A stretch of 64,000 nt of DNA from a virus. The notes under the pieces were generated by a model. The model saw only the letters and a program-made list of their open reading frames with translations, made no database searches and was not told the origin of the DNA. The stretch spans positions 1 through 64,000 of the IMG/VR virus record IMGVR_UViG_3300019487_000005, one strand, 5' to 3'. Positions 43,672 through 53,672 of the stretch are shown here, piece by piece. Position numbers and translations under genes: made by a program. Every line of letters begins with the position of its first letter. Position 1 is the stretch's first letter.

Positions 43672-46600
43672 AAATTGCCACTCAGAAACGAGCGGAACTC
43701 GAGCAGGCCATTCGAGAAGAGAAGATCGAATTGCCAGCTGGGATTCTGGTGGCTGCTCTGGTCTCTGCCGGGGTTGCTGCTGCTTCCTACGCGATAAGCT
43801 ACGCCTTCCAGCCTAAACAACCCCGCCAGGAAGTTGGGAAGCTTACCGGGACTCTTCAGCTTCAGAATTCAGAACAGGGAATCTTTATCCCGGAGATCTA
43901 TGGAGCGGGCCCAACAGTCAACGTAGTCTCCGGGGTCACTCCTACTTATCAGAATGTCGTAAATGCTTCAGTTGGGTCAGGGGGAGCAATCACCAAGAAC
44001 GCAGGAGGTAGTGGGGTCTGGAATGCGTTCGCTTCGACTACGGCTAATGTAACAGCAGGGAATGATGCCTTCATTCGCTGGAATGTTGCCGCCGCTCCGG
44101 TAGTAATTGGGTTTGGTACTGTTTCCAACCCCTCAAATATCAACCATTTAATGTTCGGTGTACTCTGTAATCTCACCAGTCTGCCAAGTAACACAGTGAA
44201 ACAGGCAATCCAAATATGGAGTCAGTTGTCCGGTAGTTTGATCTCGACAAATGATGTGGGAAGCTGGACAACCTCGGACACAATCCAGGTGGAGATTCGA
44301 GACAATCGGTTTCACGCATATAAGAACTCGGTGGAATTGACTAATGGGGGTTTTGCCGTTCCGGGCTATCCGCTGTGGCCCACGGTGATGATGCACAACA
44401 TTGGGTCTGGCACTTCTGCTTTAACTATCAAGACAGATAGTGCGATTGGGGATGCTCCTAATCACGGGCGAGGAGGGTGTAAGGTTCCAGCAATCATTAT
44501 CTGGACTTCAGGGATCAGGAAGCATGTGACTTCAACGCCAGCCCCGGGTCAGGGCGGAGGAAAGGGTGGTGGTGGAGGAGGTGGAGGAAGTACAGTTACT
44601 CAGATCACCTACGATATAGACGCGGCTTGCATGTTTGCTAATCGCGGGCCTTACTCACTGATCCGAGAATATGCAAACGCCGATGTGTTAATTGATCAGT
44701 ATACTGGAACAGCGAACCCCTCGGGAGTTTATGATCCGGGGGTCGGTCCAGATCCGGGCTACGATCCCGGTACACCTCCTGATCCGATTATCGATTACGA
44801 GATTCCTATCTTTCGTGTGGATGCGGCAGTTGATTACGATGCTGAAGATGTAGGCACCGGGACTATTCAAGGAGGAGCGTCGCCCTTCGCCTTCTATCCA
44901 GGGAATACCGATCAGCAGCCCGATCCGGATATTGAATCAGACGTAGACGCGAAACACGGGGCGGGATCGACGCCTGCTTACCATAATCGTTCTTACATAA
45001 AGCATAAAACTCTTTCTCTGTCCCGGTGGTCAGGGATCTTTCCAAACATCACCGGGGTGTTAGAGCATGCCACGCTAAAGACGATGGATGCCATCCTTGC
45101 ATCGCTGTGTGAACGGGTGAATGTTAAAACGGCTAATGGAGATTATTCGTTTACCGCGCTGTCAGCGATAAAGCCTCGAGGAATGTTGATCGCGGGACGA
45201 ACGTTTACCCCGGCAGAGATCCTTGGTTCCCCGGATATTCAGTTGGTTTATAACTATTTCGTCACTGAAGTTGAAGGACAATTAAAGGGTTATCTGGAAG
45301 GCACTGAACCATCTTTAACGATTGCAGATACAGAGGTGGGGTGGATTGCAGGAGACGCGGAACTGCCTGACGTAATTCCCGAGGTGGAGACCATCCAGGC
45401 TTCGGAGATCTCTCTGCCGCGGCAGGTGGATGTCAAATACATTGATCCTGATCATGAGTGGGAGCCAAACACCCAAAGCGCAATCCGCCAGATTACACAA
45501 GGAGAAACCAAGCAGTTAGTCGATGTCCAGTTGACTCTGTTGGCAGATGAAGCGCGGGCCGCAGCTCAGAGGAAGTTATACCGCGATTACGTTGGTGGAG
45601 CAGTTTATAAATTCACCTTGCCTTGGACCTATCTTTATCTTCATCCGGGATACAAGCTCACGATCAACCGGGCCGAAGGGTTTTCGCATGTAATGAGATT
45701 GACTTCGATCACCGGAGGGGTGGGGATCTTGGAGTGTGAGGGCATTGCTCTGGAACCAGCAGTGTTTACTCAACCTGCAACCGGAGTGTTTCCACCAGGC
45801 GGTCCTCCGTCTCAACAAGTCCCGGCTTCGACTGTGCTTCAGTTATTTGACACGCCTTTACTTAGAGATGGAGACGAGACGATCAACAACGGGGTAATCA
45901 GGTACGCCGGGGGAGTGCCGCGAACTGGAGATAATCAAACGTGGACTGGGTTTATTCTCTACGGAAAGAGACGGGATGAGTACGAGTTCTTTGAAAGCTT
46001 TACCGTCCCAGCCACGGTGGGGACGATTGTTTCTGTCTCGGATCTTCATCCCAATCCGGCAGTAGTGGATATTCCCTTTACTGCTGATGCATCTACAGAT
46101 GTTTGCACCAGCACGGCTCATGAACTGCAGAATGATGATGCGGTGGTGCCTCAGAATACCGGAGGTGGGTTGCCGAGTCCATTGGTAGCGGGAACGACTT
46201 ATTACGTCCGAGATCGCACCACAAACACGTTTAAGTTAGCAGCAACACTGGGGGGTTCTGCAATCAACCTTACGACCAATGGGACAGGGAGCCATTATCT
46301 GAATGTAGGAAAGATCACGGTCGATCTTTATGGGACGGCCGCCACGTTGGTGAGTATCACAAAAGCCGATCTCTTGGCCGGGGAGAATTTGGCAGTGGCC
46401 GGGAATATGGTTTTTAACTTCATGACTGCGACTCAAGTCTCGGGCTTCCCGAATCGTTGGGATCTAACCGTCTTGAGAACAGGTCAGAGAGGGACAGACC
46501 ATTTAACCTCCAGCGTAGCGGCAACGCAGCGGTTTGCTTTTGTAAATGAGGCGATTAAAGCCGTGCCGATGCTGGTCGAGGATGTGAATGATTCGATTGA

Positions 46601-46910
46601 CTACCGAGCAGTGACAGTGGGCCAGTCTCAGGGAGATGCTGCGACTATTACGAACGTCTGGACTGGAAACACGTTAAGAGCCCGCAAGGTGATGGGGATT
46701 GTAGTTAATCGAGACGCAAGTGCTGACTTTATGATTCAGTTCATTGGAGACCCAAGACCAAGCGAAGTTCCCGAGGACTATGCAGTTGAAATCTGGAAAG
46801 ATACTGATAGGTCGAATCCAGCCAACCGGAAACGGATTCTTCCAATCACTTCAGGAACGTCGCATGCAGTCTTGCTGAGAGTGTCGCAGGGCGAGCCACA
46901 GATCAGTTAA
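43653..46910 (+). CDS. host-specificity / central tail fibre protein (gpJ / GTA orfg15-like)
   Basis: 1085 aa, follows the NlpC/P60 gene. Contains a poly-Gly tract. Confidence 0.7.
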   Translation: MESASVEIATQKRAELEQAIREEKIELPAGILVAALVSAGVAAASYAISYAFQPKQPRQEVGKLTGTLQLQNSEQGIFIPEIYGAGPTVNVVSGVTPTYQNVVNASVGSGGAITKNAGGSGVWNAFASTTANVTAGNDAFIRWNVAAAPVVIGFGTVSNPSNINHLMFGVLCNLTSLPSNTVKQAIQIWSQLSGSLISTNDVGSWTTSDTIQVEIRDNRFHAYKNSVELTNGGFAVPGYPLWPTVMMHNIGSGTSALTIKTDSAIGDAPNHGRGGCKVPAIIIWTSGIRKHVTSTPAPGQGGGKGGGGGGGGSTVTQITYDIDAACMFANRGPYSLIREYANADVLIDQYTGTANPSGVYDPGVGPDPGYDPGTPPDPIIDYEIPIFRVDAAVDYDAEDVGTGTIQGGASPFAFYPGNTDQQPDPDIESDVDAKHGAGSTPAYHNRSYIKHKTLSLSRWSGIFPNITGVLEHATLKTMDAILASLCERVNVKTANGDYSFTALSAIKPRGMLIAGRTFTPAEILGSPDIQLVYNYFVTEVEGQLKGYLEGTEPSLTIADTEVGWIAGDAELPDVIPEVETIQASEISLPRQVDVKYIDPDHEWEPNTQSAIRQITQGETKQLVDVQLTLLADEARAAAQRKLYRDYVGGAVYKFTLPWTYLYLHPGYKLTINRAEGFSHVMRLTSITGGVGILECEGIALEPAVFTQPATGVFPPGGPPSQQVPASTVLQLFDTPLLRDGDETINNGVIRYAGGVPRTGDNQTWTGFILYGKRRDEYEFFESFTVPATVGTIVSVSDLHPNPAVVDIPFTADASTDVCTSTAHELQNDDAVVPQNTGGGLPSPLVAGTTYYVRDRTTNTFKLAATLGGSAINLTTNGTGSHYLNVGKITVDLYGTAATLVSITKADLLAGENLAVAGNMVFNFMTATQVSGFPNRWDLTVLRTGQRGTDHLTSSVAATQRFAFVNEAIKAVPMLVEDVNDSIDYRAVTVGQSQGDAATITNVWTGNTLRARKVMGIVVNRDASADFMIQFIGDPRPSEVPEDYAVEIWKDTDRSNPANRKRILPITSGTSHAVLLRVSQGEPQIS

Positions 46911-47870
46911 ATGGCGACATATAAGAAAACAAGTGTTTTAAATCGGAATAATCTGATGGGACCGGCCACTGCCGCGTCTTCAGAGTTTATTGATCAGACC
47001 TGGACGCGGTTTGATTTTGGGATTCATTGGTCAGGCTCCGATGGCGGGGTGACGGGTCTGGGGAATAGTACGTTTGCTGGCCTGGTTGACAGTGACAGCT
47101 TACTCAATGGAAGTCCTACATGGGTGTTTGGATATGACAATCCTTCCAATACACCGGTTTGGGTAAAGTGGGAAGCAGGAACCCGAGCGGGAACCGTGAA
47201 AGAAGTTTTCTATAACCACGGTCGATTGATCGCTACTCGGGACAACGTAGATCCCGGGTTTGGATCTATTCACATTCAGGACTCAGACCCTGAGGATGCA
47301 GGGCGGCCGGGGCCGAGATACACGATTGCGCTCGCTGGAACAGAATATCGTGTTTATACGCCCCGGCCTGCAGGGTTTGGTGACAAGCCCTATGTAACGA
47401 TCTCGGCCCCGCTCCTGGGATTTCCTTTCCCTCTCTCACTTGGGATGAAAGCCAGTTCCAATGTCATCATCAGAAATGTAATCTCTGGGGCAGGCGTAAT
47501 TCCCACGACCATCTATTCCAAGAAACAGCAGATCGAGGATTTCAAGATCGCTGTGACGGTGGATTCAGGGACAGATGTATTTACCGCTACGGCTCATGGA
47601 TTAGCCAACGACACCGCGATTTGGATTGATGCCAACACTCTGCCCGGGGGTTTAACTGCGGGCGCGGTTTATTGGGTGCGTGATCAAACGTCCAATACTT
47701 TTAAAGTAGCAGCCACGCAGGGCGGGGCGGCAGTGAATATCACCTCTAATGGCGCCGATGTGGTAGTGGCTCCGAGACAGGGACTTTTAAATTTGAGGAT
47801 CTATCAAATCGGGAGGTATCCAGGCGTTGACGGGCTGCCAACTGATGTCACGACACCATCTCTGCTATGA
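46911..47870 (+). CDS. tail fibre-associated protein
   Basis: Shares a roughly 60-aa module (TAHGLANDTAI...YWVRDQTSNTFKVAATQGGAAVNITSNG) with the upstream gene. Confidence 0.55.
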   Translation: MATYKKTSVLNRNNLMGPATAASSEFIDQTWTRFDFGIHWSGSDGGVTGLGNSTFAGLVDSDSLLNGSPTWVFGYDNPSNTPVWVKWEAGTRAGTVKEVFYNHGRLIATRDNVDPGFGSIHIQDSDPEDAGRPGPRYTIALAGTEYRVYTPRPAGFGDKPYVTISAPLLGFPFPLSLGMKASSNVIIRNVISGAGVIPTTIYSKKQQIEDFKIAVTVDSGTDVFTATAHGLANDTAIWIDANTLPGGLTAGAVYWVRDQTSNTFKVAATQGGAAVNITSNGADVVVAPRQGLLNLRIYQIGRYPGVDGLPTDVTTPSLL

Positions 47871-49396
47871 CTACATTAACTAAATTCAATCAGGCATACC
47901 CAGAGGTTGCCGCCTATTTAAATTCAACTCTGATTCCAGAGATCGAAGCCATCCCAACAGGCGGAGATGTCGCGAGCAATACTGCAACGTCCGTAGTTGA
48001 TGAATTAGTGTTGTTTGCTGATACCTCTGGAAAGTTGCTTAAACGGGCCACCGGCTCAGGGATCGTCAAGACTGCTAGTGGGGTTTATTCAACGGTTGCC
48101 GCACCTTCCGGGGCGATAGTGGGAGATACAGATACCCAGACACTAACGAATAAGACTATTGATGGCGATCTGAATACTCTAGTCGATATAGGCGCCGGCT
48201 CCTTAAAGCTTTCCGCTACTGATCGACTTTTAGGAAGGGATACGACTGGGGCTGGAGCCGCAGAAGAATTAACCGTCTCTGGAGGCGTGGAGTTTACCGG
48301 AGGTGGCGGAATACAAACTTCGGCTTTCACTGGTGACGTGACTAAAAGTGCGGGGGGCACCGCCCAAACCATTGCGAACGATGCTGTGACGTTTGCGAAA
48401 ATGCAGAACATCGCCACAGATCGACTGTTAGGCAGGGATACCGCGGCCACAGGCGATGTGGAAGAGTTGACGGTTGGCGGAGGAGTGGAATTCAGCGGAG
48501 CAGGTGGGATTCAACGATCCGCTTTGACCGGAGATGTGACGGCCTCAGCTGGAAGCAACTCCACAACGATAGCCAATGATGCGGTTACGTATGCAAAGAT
48601 TCAAAACGTCTCCGCTACGAATAGAATTCTTGGCCGCGCCACCGCAGGCGCGGGCGACGTGGAAGAGATCACGGTTGGTGGGGACCTCACACAGTCAGGA
48701 AGTTCTTTCACCATAGCCAACAACGCAGTTACCCTGGCGAAACTCCAAGACATTACTTCAGATCGATTACTTGGTAGAGACACTACGGGTTCAGGTGATC
48801 CGGAACAATTAACTGTCGGAGGTGGAGTGGAATTTACCGGGTCGGGCGGAATCCAGACTTCTGCGTTTACTGGAGACGTAACGAAGTCAGCTGGAGGTAC
48901 TGCACAGACTATCGCTAACGATGCGGTGACCTACGCCAAGATGCAGAACGTTTCTGCCGCTTCGAAGCTTCTGGGTCGAGGAGATTCAGGCTCAGGTGAT
49001 CCGCAGGAGCTTACTTTAGGCACGAACCTGTCAATGAGCGGAACCACGCTCAACGCTACGGGCAGTTCTCAAGCGGAGACTATTGTTGGGGCCTATGTTA
49101 CCAAGCCCCAGATCACTTCCAATCAAAACAATTATTCATTGGGGGCAGGATTAAACTTTCGACTCTCTTCAGACGCGAATAGAAATATCACTGGATTTGC
49201 AGCCGGCTCAGACGGAGAAGAAAAGCGGTTGATTAATACCGGATCATTCACTATCGTTTTAACGAACGAAGATTCAGCGAGTTCCGCGGCGAACAGATTG
49301 ATCACGGGAACGGGAGTGAAGGTTTATTTATTCCCGAACGAAACAGCGACCATGATTTACGACAACACCACAGCAAGATGGAGGCTTTGGGATTAA
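47867..49396 (+). CDS. tail fibre protein with five tandem ~57-aa repeats
   Basis: Repeat NDAVT[FY]AKMQN..DRLLGRDT.G.G..EELTVGGGVEF.G.GGIQ.SA.TGDVT. Confidence 0.7.
   Translation: MTTLTKFNQAYPEVAAYLNSTLIPEIEAIPTGGDVASNTATSVVDELVLFADTSGKLLKRATGSGIVKTASGVYSTVAAPSGAIVGDTDTQTLTNKTIDGDLNTLVDIGAGSLKLSATDRLLGRDTTGAGAAEELTVSGGVEFTGGGGIQTSAFTGDVTKSAGGTAQTIANDAVTFAKMQNIATDRLLGRDTAATGDVEELTVGGGVEFSGAGGIQRSALTGDVTASAGSNSTTIANDAVTYAKIQNVSATNRILGRATAGAGDVEEITVGGDLTQSGSSFTIANNAVTLAKLQDITSDRLLGRDTTGSGDPEQLTVGGGVEFTGSGGIQTSAFTGDVTKSAGGTAQTIANDAVTYAKMQNVSAASKLLGRGDSGSGDPQELTLGTNLSMSGTTLNATGSSQAETIVGAYVTKPQITSNQNNYSLGAGLNFRLSSDANRNITGFAAGSDGEEKRLINTGSFTIVLTNEDSASSAANRLITGTGVKVYLFPNETATMIYDNTTARWRLWD
48190..49060 (+). 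repeat. intragenic tandem repeats (about 5 x 171 nt, diverged)
   Basis: Protein-level repeats. Units 1 and 4 are nearly identical. Boundaries are approximate. Confidence 0.6.
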
Positions 49397-52300
49397 GTGG
49401 GGAAGTATCTAGCGGCGGGAAATATTGTTAAGAGTTCAGCGTTTAGTACGTGGACTGCCCTGTCAAACGCGATAGGTTCAGAGCAGGTCACGCTCTTAGT
49501 AGACAGTTCGATCCCTATTACGTCGAACATTACCTTGCCTGCCACGATCTCGCGTCTACTCTTCGTGGAACCTGGGGCATTTGATGTTTCTTCGGGGAAC
49601 CTATTAACTATTGAATGGGGAGACCGAATCGAAGCAGCTCCTGGTTTGCAGATCTTCAAAGGCACAGCCCTGTCCGCCACTTCTCATCCTGTCAAATTTA
49701 CTAAAAGCTATCCCGCAACCTTTCATGTTGGTTGGTGGGGAGCCAAAAATGATTATGTTCAATCTACCGACACCGGGACTGATAATTATCCGGCTCTGAG
49801 AGCGGTTATTTACTCGATGGAGATGGGTGGAGAGAGTTTTAATCACTATCCCTATACTCGGGGAGGAATCATCCACTTTCTGGCGGGAAATTATTACTCA
49901 TCAAAGACGTGGGATATTTTGCGTGAGGTAATAATTGAAGGTAAACAAGGGGCGGGATGGTTTGCTGCTAGCCGTCTATATTTTGCCCGGGGGCAGCGTG
50001 GGATCGTGCTTCACCGTTATAACACCCACGTTGACGCGACTTCTTCTCCTGGTTATAAGTCAGGTGACTGGTCAATTGTGAAAAACCTGGCGCTGAAAGA
50101 AGCTCAGACTGGCACACGCGGACTGGCTCCCAAGCAGGGTGAACTGGATGTTTCAGGAACGACAGTAACATGGAAATCAGCGGTGTGGTCGGGAACGGTC
50201 AACACCTCTTCGACTGGGAACACCGTTAATTGGGCTTCAGGGACAAAGTTTGATGAAGCCTGGGTCAACGGCCAGTGGTTAAGGATCAATGGAGTGGATT
50301 ATGAGTTGAATTATATGAATTCTGACACTCAACTGATCCTAAAAACCTCACCGGGAAATCAGACAGGCGTAACATTTTCCGGCCCTCTCTTTAATACTCG
50401 CTGGCCGCGAGGCACGACCATCAAGATCGGCGGAATCGCGACTCCCGGCCGCTTGTCCTGGGTGGTTGAAAGTGTAGCCTCAAAAACTTCCTTAACCATT
50501 CAGCAATGGAAAGGGGTGTGCTCCACCAGCGGCACGACGGTGACTCGATTAGCGGGAGTGGTGTTTGATTATCTGGTGGCCGGCTGGGTGATGAATATCA
50601 ACGGCACGGATTACACAATCTCCTCAATTACCCATGGATCGGAATTAGTATTAACGAGTTCGGCGGGCACTCAAACGGCGAAGGCTTTTACGGTCCGGCC
50701 CGGGACGCTGACAAATGCTGAGTATCGGGTGAATCAATATCATGGGATCTCAATCTGGGCCAATAGTTGCCGCATAGAGAACGTAACCGTGGATGGTTGC
50801 TCAGGGAATGGGATCAACATCGACACTTCGTTACTTGGAAGAGATGGAAATGAAAATAACGCGAATAATTCTAAAGTAGTAGGGGGCTCGTTTTATTATA
50901 ACGAAGGGCATGGACTCTACACCAAGGGGAACAACGCCAATAGTTGCTTGTTCATGAACATGGACGTTTCCTTTAGTGGTTCATGGTCTTACTTTGAAGA
51001 TGGATTTTTAGGAAACAATTACGTTCAGAACCATTGCTCTTCAAGTGCCGGATCGATCTGGGCGAACTCTGTTATAGCCGCAAATGTGTTTTCGGGTAAT
51101 TACACTGAGGGCGACCAGGCTTCAGCTATCTTCGGTCAATACTCCACGGTGATTGGCGGAGACCTCGGAGCAGACGTGGACAATGCTTCAAATGCTCTGT
51201 ATTTGCGGGGAAGCACGGGAGGCGGTCTAACGACCCCCATCAGGTCGCGAATGACCGTCGGTGGGAAGCTGATCACCGATGTTGATGGAGCGAATACGGT
51301 CGAAGCCTATGTGGGTCAATCGGGGACACGGGGCGGCTTTGGTCTGGGGTCGGCGGACGATGTAACCTGGCCTTCGCCATCGTTGATGCAGGTTTACAAC
51401 ACACTTCAGACAGGTTGGTGGCACTGGCAATATGCTGGCTCAAGTTCATTTGCTTTCCTTGGTTACTCAGGAAGCCAGGCTGCCGAGGGTGGGGGGCATT
51501 TATGGTTTCCGCGGGGCTTCTTCTGGGGACTGGGGGGCACGAGAAAGAAATATGAAACAGGTTCAGCAGCTCCCAGCTCGGGCACATGGGCTATCGGTGA
51601 TGTGGTTTTCAATTCCGCGCCTGTTACTGGAGGGTATATTGGCTGGGTTTGTGTAACCGCCGGGAGTCCGGGAACGTGGGAGCAGTTTGGTTATTTGGTT
51701 CCAGCCTTGGTGAATTCTCAGACTGGCACCTCTTATACGATAGCCACTGGAGATCGCGCCAAGCTGGTCACATTATCCAATGCCTCTTCGGTTGCTGTTA
51801 CCCTTCCCCAGGCAGGGGCGAGTTTCCCTTCTAACTGGTACACAGAAGTTGAGAATCGTGGGGCTGGCGCCGCCACAATTACCCCCACAACATCCACGAT
51901 AGATGGGGCCAGCTCCCTGGTGCTAACCCAACATCAAGGCGTTAGGATTTTCTCAAACGGCACAAATTACTTTACTCAGCGCGGGATGGGAGGCGGTGGT
52001 GGGGCGCCAGTGGGGGCGACTTACATTGTGCAGACTGCCGATGCCACGCTGACGAATGAACAGGCACTGGGGGCATTAACAACAGGTATTCTTAAAAACA
52101 CAACCTCCACCGGAGTGTTGTCGATTGCCGCGATAGCCGATCTTCCCAATGCGCCGAAAGCCGTGGTGCGCCATAGCGCCAACCAATCCATTAACAACGC
52201 CACGCTCACTGCTCTCTCGTTTGACACTGAGGATCAAGACAATGACGCCATACATGACACGGCCACAAATAACGGGCGGCTAACCTGTAAGACCGCAGGG

Positions 52301-52564
52301 TTTTACTTCATCTTTTTAGTGGTGCAATGGGCTTTTGACCTTCTCGGCCAGCGCCAAGCTATCATTCGAGACACTGGGAGCGCCTATCGAGGGTTCTCTG
52401 TTAACGCTGGCTCACAATATGTGCAAGTAACCTACGGGTTCCGTCAAATGTCTGTAGATGATTGGGTAGACTCGGCGGTGTATCAGGACTCAGGCGGATC
52501 ATTGAATGTGGAAGCGGCCGGATCTTATGCTACGTTGTTTGGGATGGTAAGACTGGGAAATTGA
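49397..52564 (+). CDS. tailspike / fibre with pectate-lyase-type beta-helix and C1q-like C-terminal domain
   Basis: HVGWWGAKNDY...DNYPALRAVIYSM...GGIIHFLAGNYY. C-terminus GRLTCKTAGFYFIFLVVQW...LNVEAAGSYATLFGMVRL. GTG start. Confidence 0.7.
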   Translation: MGKYLAAGNIVKSSAFSTWTALSNAIGSEQVTLLVDSSIPITSNITLPATISRLLFVEPGAFDVSSGNLLTIEWGDRIEAAPGLQIFKGTALSATSHPVKFTKSYPATFHVGWWGAKNDYVQSTDTGTDNYPALRAVIYSMEMGGESFNHYPYTRGGIIHFLAGNYYSSKTWDILREVIIEGKQGAGWFAASRLYFARGQRGIVLHRYNTHVDATSSPGYKSGDWSIVKNLALKEAQTGTRGLAPKQGELDVSGTTVTWKSAVWSGTVNTSSTGNTVNWASGTKFDEAWVNGQWLRINGVDYELNYMNSDTQLILKTSPGNQTGVTFSGPLFNTRWPRGTTIKIGGIATPGRLSWVVESVASKTSLTIQQWKGVCSTSGTTVTRLAGVVFDYLVAGWVMNINGTDYTISSITHGSELVLTSSAGTQTAKAFTVRPGTLTNAEYRVNQYHGISIWANSCRIENVTVDGCSGNGINIDTSLLGRDGNENNANNSKVVGGSFYYNEGHGLYTKGNNANSCLFMNMDVSFSGSWSYFEDGFLGNNYVQNHCSSSAGSIWANSVIAANVFSGNYTEGDQASAIFGQYSTVIGGDLGADVDNASNALYLRGSTGGGLTTPIRSRMTVGGKLITDVDGANTVEAYVGQSGTRGGFGLGSADDVTWPSPSLMQVYNTLQTGWWHWQYAGSSSFAFLGYSGSQAAEGGGHLWFPRGFFWGLGGTRKKYETGSAAPSSGTWAIGDVVFNSAPVTGGYIGWVCVTAGSPGTWEQFGYLVPALVNSQTGTSYTIATGDRAKLVTLSNASSVAVTLPQAGASFPSNWYTEVENRGAGAATITPTTSTIDGASSLVLTQHQGVRIFSNGTNYFTQRGMGGGGGAPVGATYIVQTADATLTNEQALGALTTGILKNTTSTGVLSIAAIADLPNAPKAVVRHSANQSINNATLTALSFDTEDQDNDAIHDTATNNGRLTCKTAGFYFIFLVVQWAFDLLGQRQAIIRDTGSAYRGFSVNAGSQYVQVTYGFRQMSVDDWVDSAVYQDSGGSLNVEAAGSYATLFGMVRLGN

Positions 52565-52917
52565 AACAACTAGAATTCAATAAACCAAACGATCTATCTC
52601 GGCTCCATGATGAGCTGCTAACCGCTCTCCCAGTATTAGCACCGATTAACGGTGTACCCCAAATGCGCGTCGAAGGGAAAGATCTTCTAATTCGTCTTTT
52701 CGTTCCTGATGAGGCCGATGAGTCCGCAATCCAGGTAGTGGTAAATCAACATGTACGTGTTCCGCCCAGTGCACCCCCGGACTTCAGGCAGCTCTGGCAG
52801 AACTATGCTCAAGCAGTGCAGAGTGCCTCTAATCTAAATCAATTAAAACAGGCTCTTTTACAAGAAGGGCGATTGTTATTCAAAGAATTGGCAATTTCGC
52901 GAGTCAGAGATCTTTAA
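52561..52917 (+). CDS. hypothetical protein
   Basis: In-frame TTG overlaps the upstream stop. The start is uncertain (ORF 52462..52917). Confidence 0.4.
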   Translation: MKQLEFNKPNDLSRLHDELLTALPVLAPINGVPQMRVEGKDLLIRLFVPDEADESAIQVVVNQHVRVPPSAPPDFRQLWQNYAQAVQSASNLNQLKQALLQEGRLLFKELAISRVRDL

Positions 52918-53042
52918 GAACTTAAAGCACGGTTCTTTGCTAGTCTCAGAGCATGAAGGTCCGCCTTTTCATGCTCCTTCCCCTGCTCTTTCCGCTGCTG
53001 CTTTCTCAGTCTCCACAGACAATTAACGTCAATCAAAGTGGG

Positions 53043-53066
53043 TCTAGCGGGCCTTCTTTAATTATA
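53043..53066 (+). repeat. left direct repeat flanking the HNH cassette
   Basis: TCTAGCGGGCCTTCTTTAATTATA, compared with 53718-53738. Confidence 0.6.
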
Positions 53067-53072
53067 GAGGTT

Positions 53073-53660
53073 TTAAAGAACGCTTTTCCATCTTTTTTCA
53101 TGAATGATCACCCATATCGTCTGTTTACTAACGGAATATTGCCTTGCGAGTTCGGCTTGGCGACATGTACCCGCCTTGTAAAGTCTTCGTATTTCTTTTA
53201 CTTGATCATTAGTCAATTTGGCGTGGTAATTAGTTTCCCCTCTCTTAATCCAATTAGGGAAACGAGCCAGAAATGCTTCCCCACGCAGAACGAGCTCAGG
53301 TCTTCTACGCCAAGGATGTGCATCACCGATTGGGGCTCTCCCTTTAAGGTACATGTCTCGGACATTGTCTTTCACTGTGCCTGGAAATAGATGCTTTGGA
53401 TTGCAGCAACATGGGTTATCGCAATGGTGGCATATACATATAGCGCCCCAACGACCCGTCACCAGAAAGAATGCCAAACGATGAGCAATGTACTGGCGAG
53501 ATTGCGCTTGAAAGTTCCCATAGCCCATCGACGTTTTAGCGCGTTTCCATTGCCAGCATTCTCCCTTCGGACCTTGGCCCGGAGATTGATCTATATAACT
53601 CCAAAAGCGTTTTATCTCTTGATCGGTAAGTTTAGGCGGATTAGGATTGAATTTAAGCAT
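53073..53660 (-). CDS. HNH homing endonuclease
   Basis: CWQWKRAKTSMGYGNF...YIAHRLAF...CHHCDNPCCCNPKHLFPGTVKDNVRDM. C-terminal AKLT..QVKEIRRLY HTH-like module. Confidence 0.88.
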   Translation of the reverse strand: MLKFNPNPPKLTDQEIKRFWSYIDQSPGQGPKGECWQWKRAKTSMGYGNFQAQSRQYIAHRLAFFLVTGRWGAICICHHCDNPCCCNPKHLFPGTVKDNVRDMYLKGRAPIGDAHPWRRRPELVLRGEAFLARFPNWIKRGETNYHAKLTNDQVKEIRRLYKAGTCRQAELARQYSVSKQTIWVIIHEKRWKSVL

Positions 53661-53672
53661 GATCTAATCTCC

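Noticed and set aside
52953-53390. A stand-alone 145-aa gene.
   Set aside because: Beyond residue ~40 it is just the antisense of the HNH gene. Only the N-terminal signal-peptide part looks genuine, and I interpret that as the displaced 5-prime end of the depolymerase gene.
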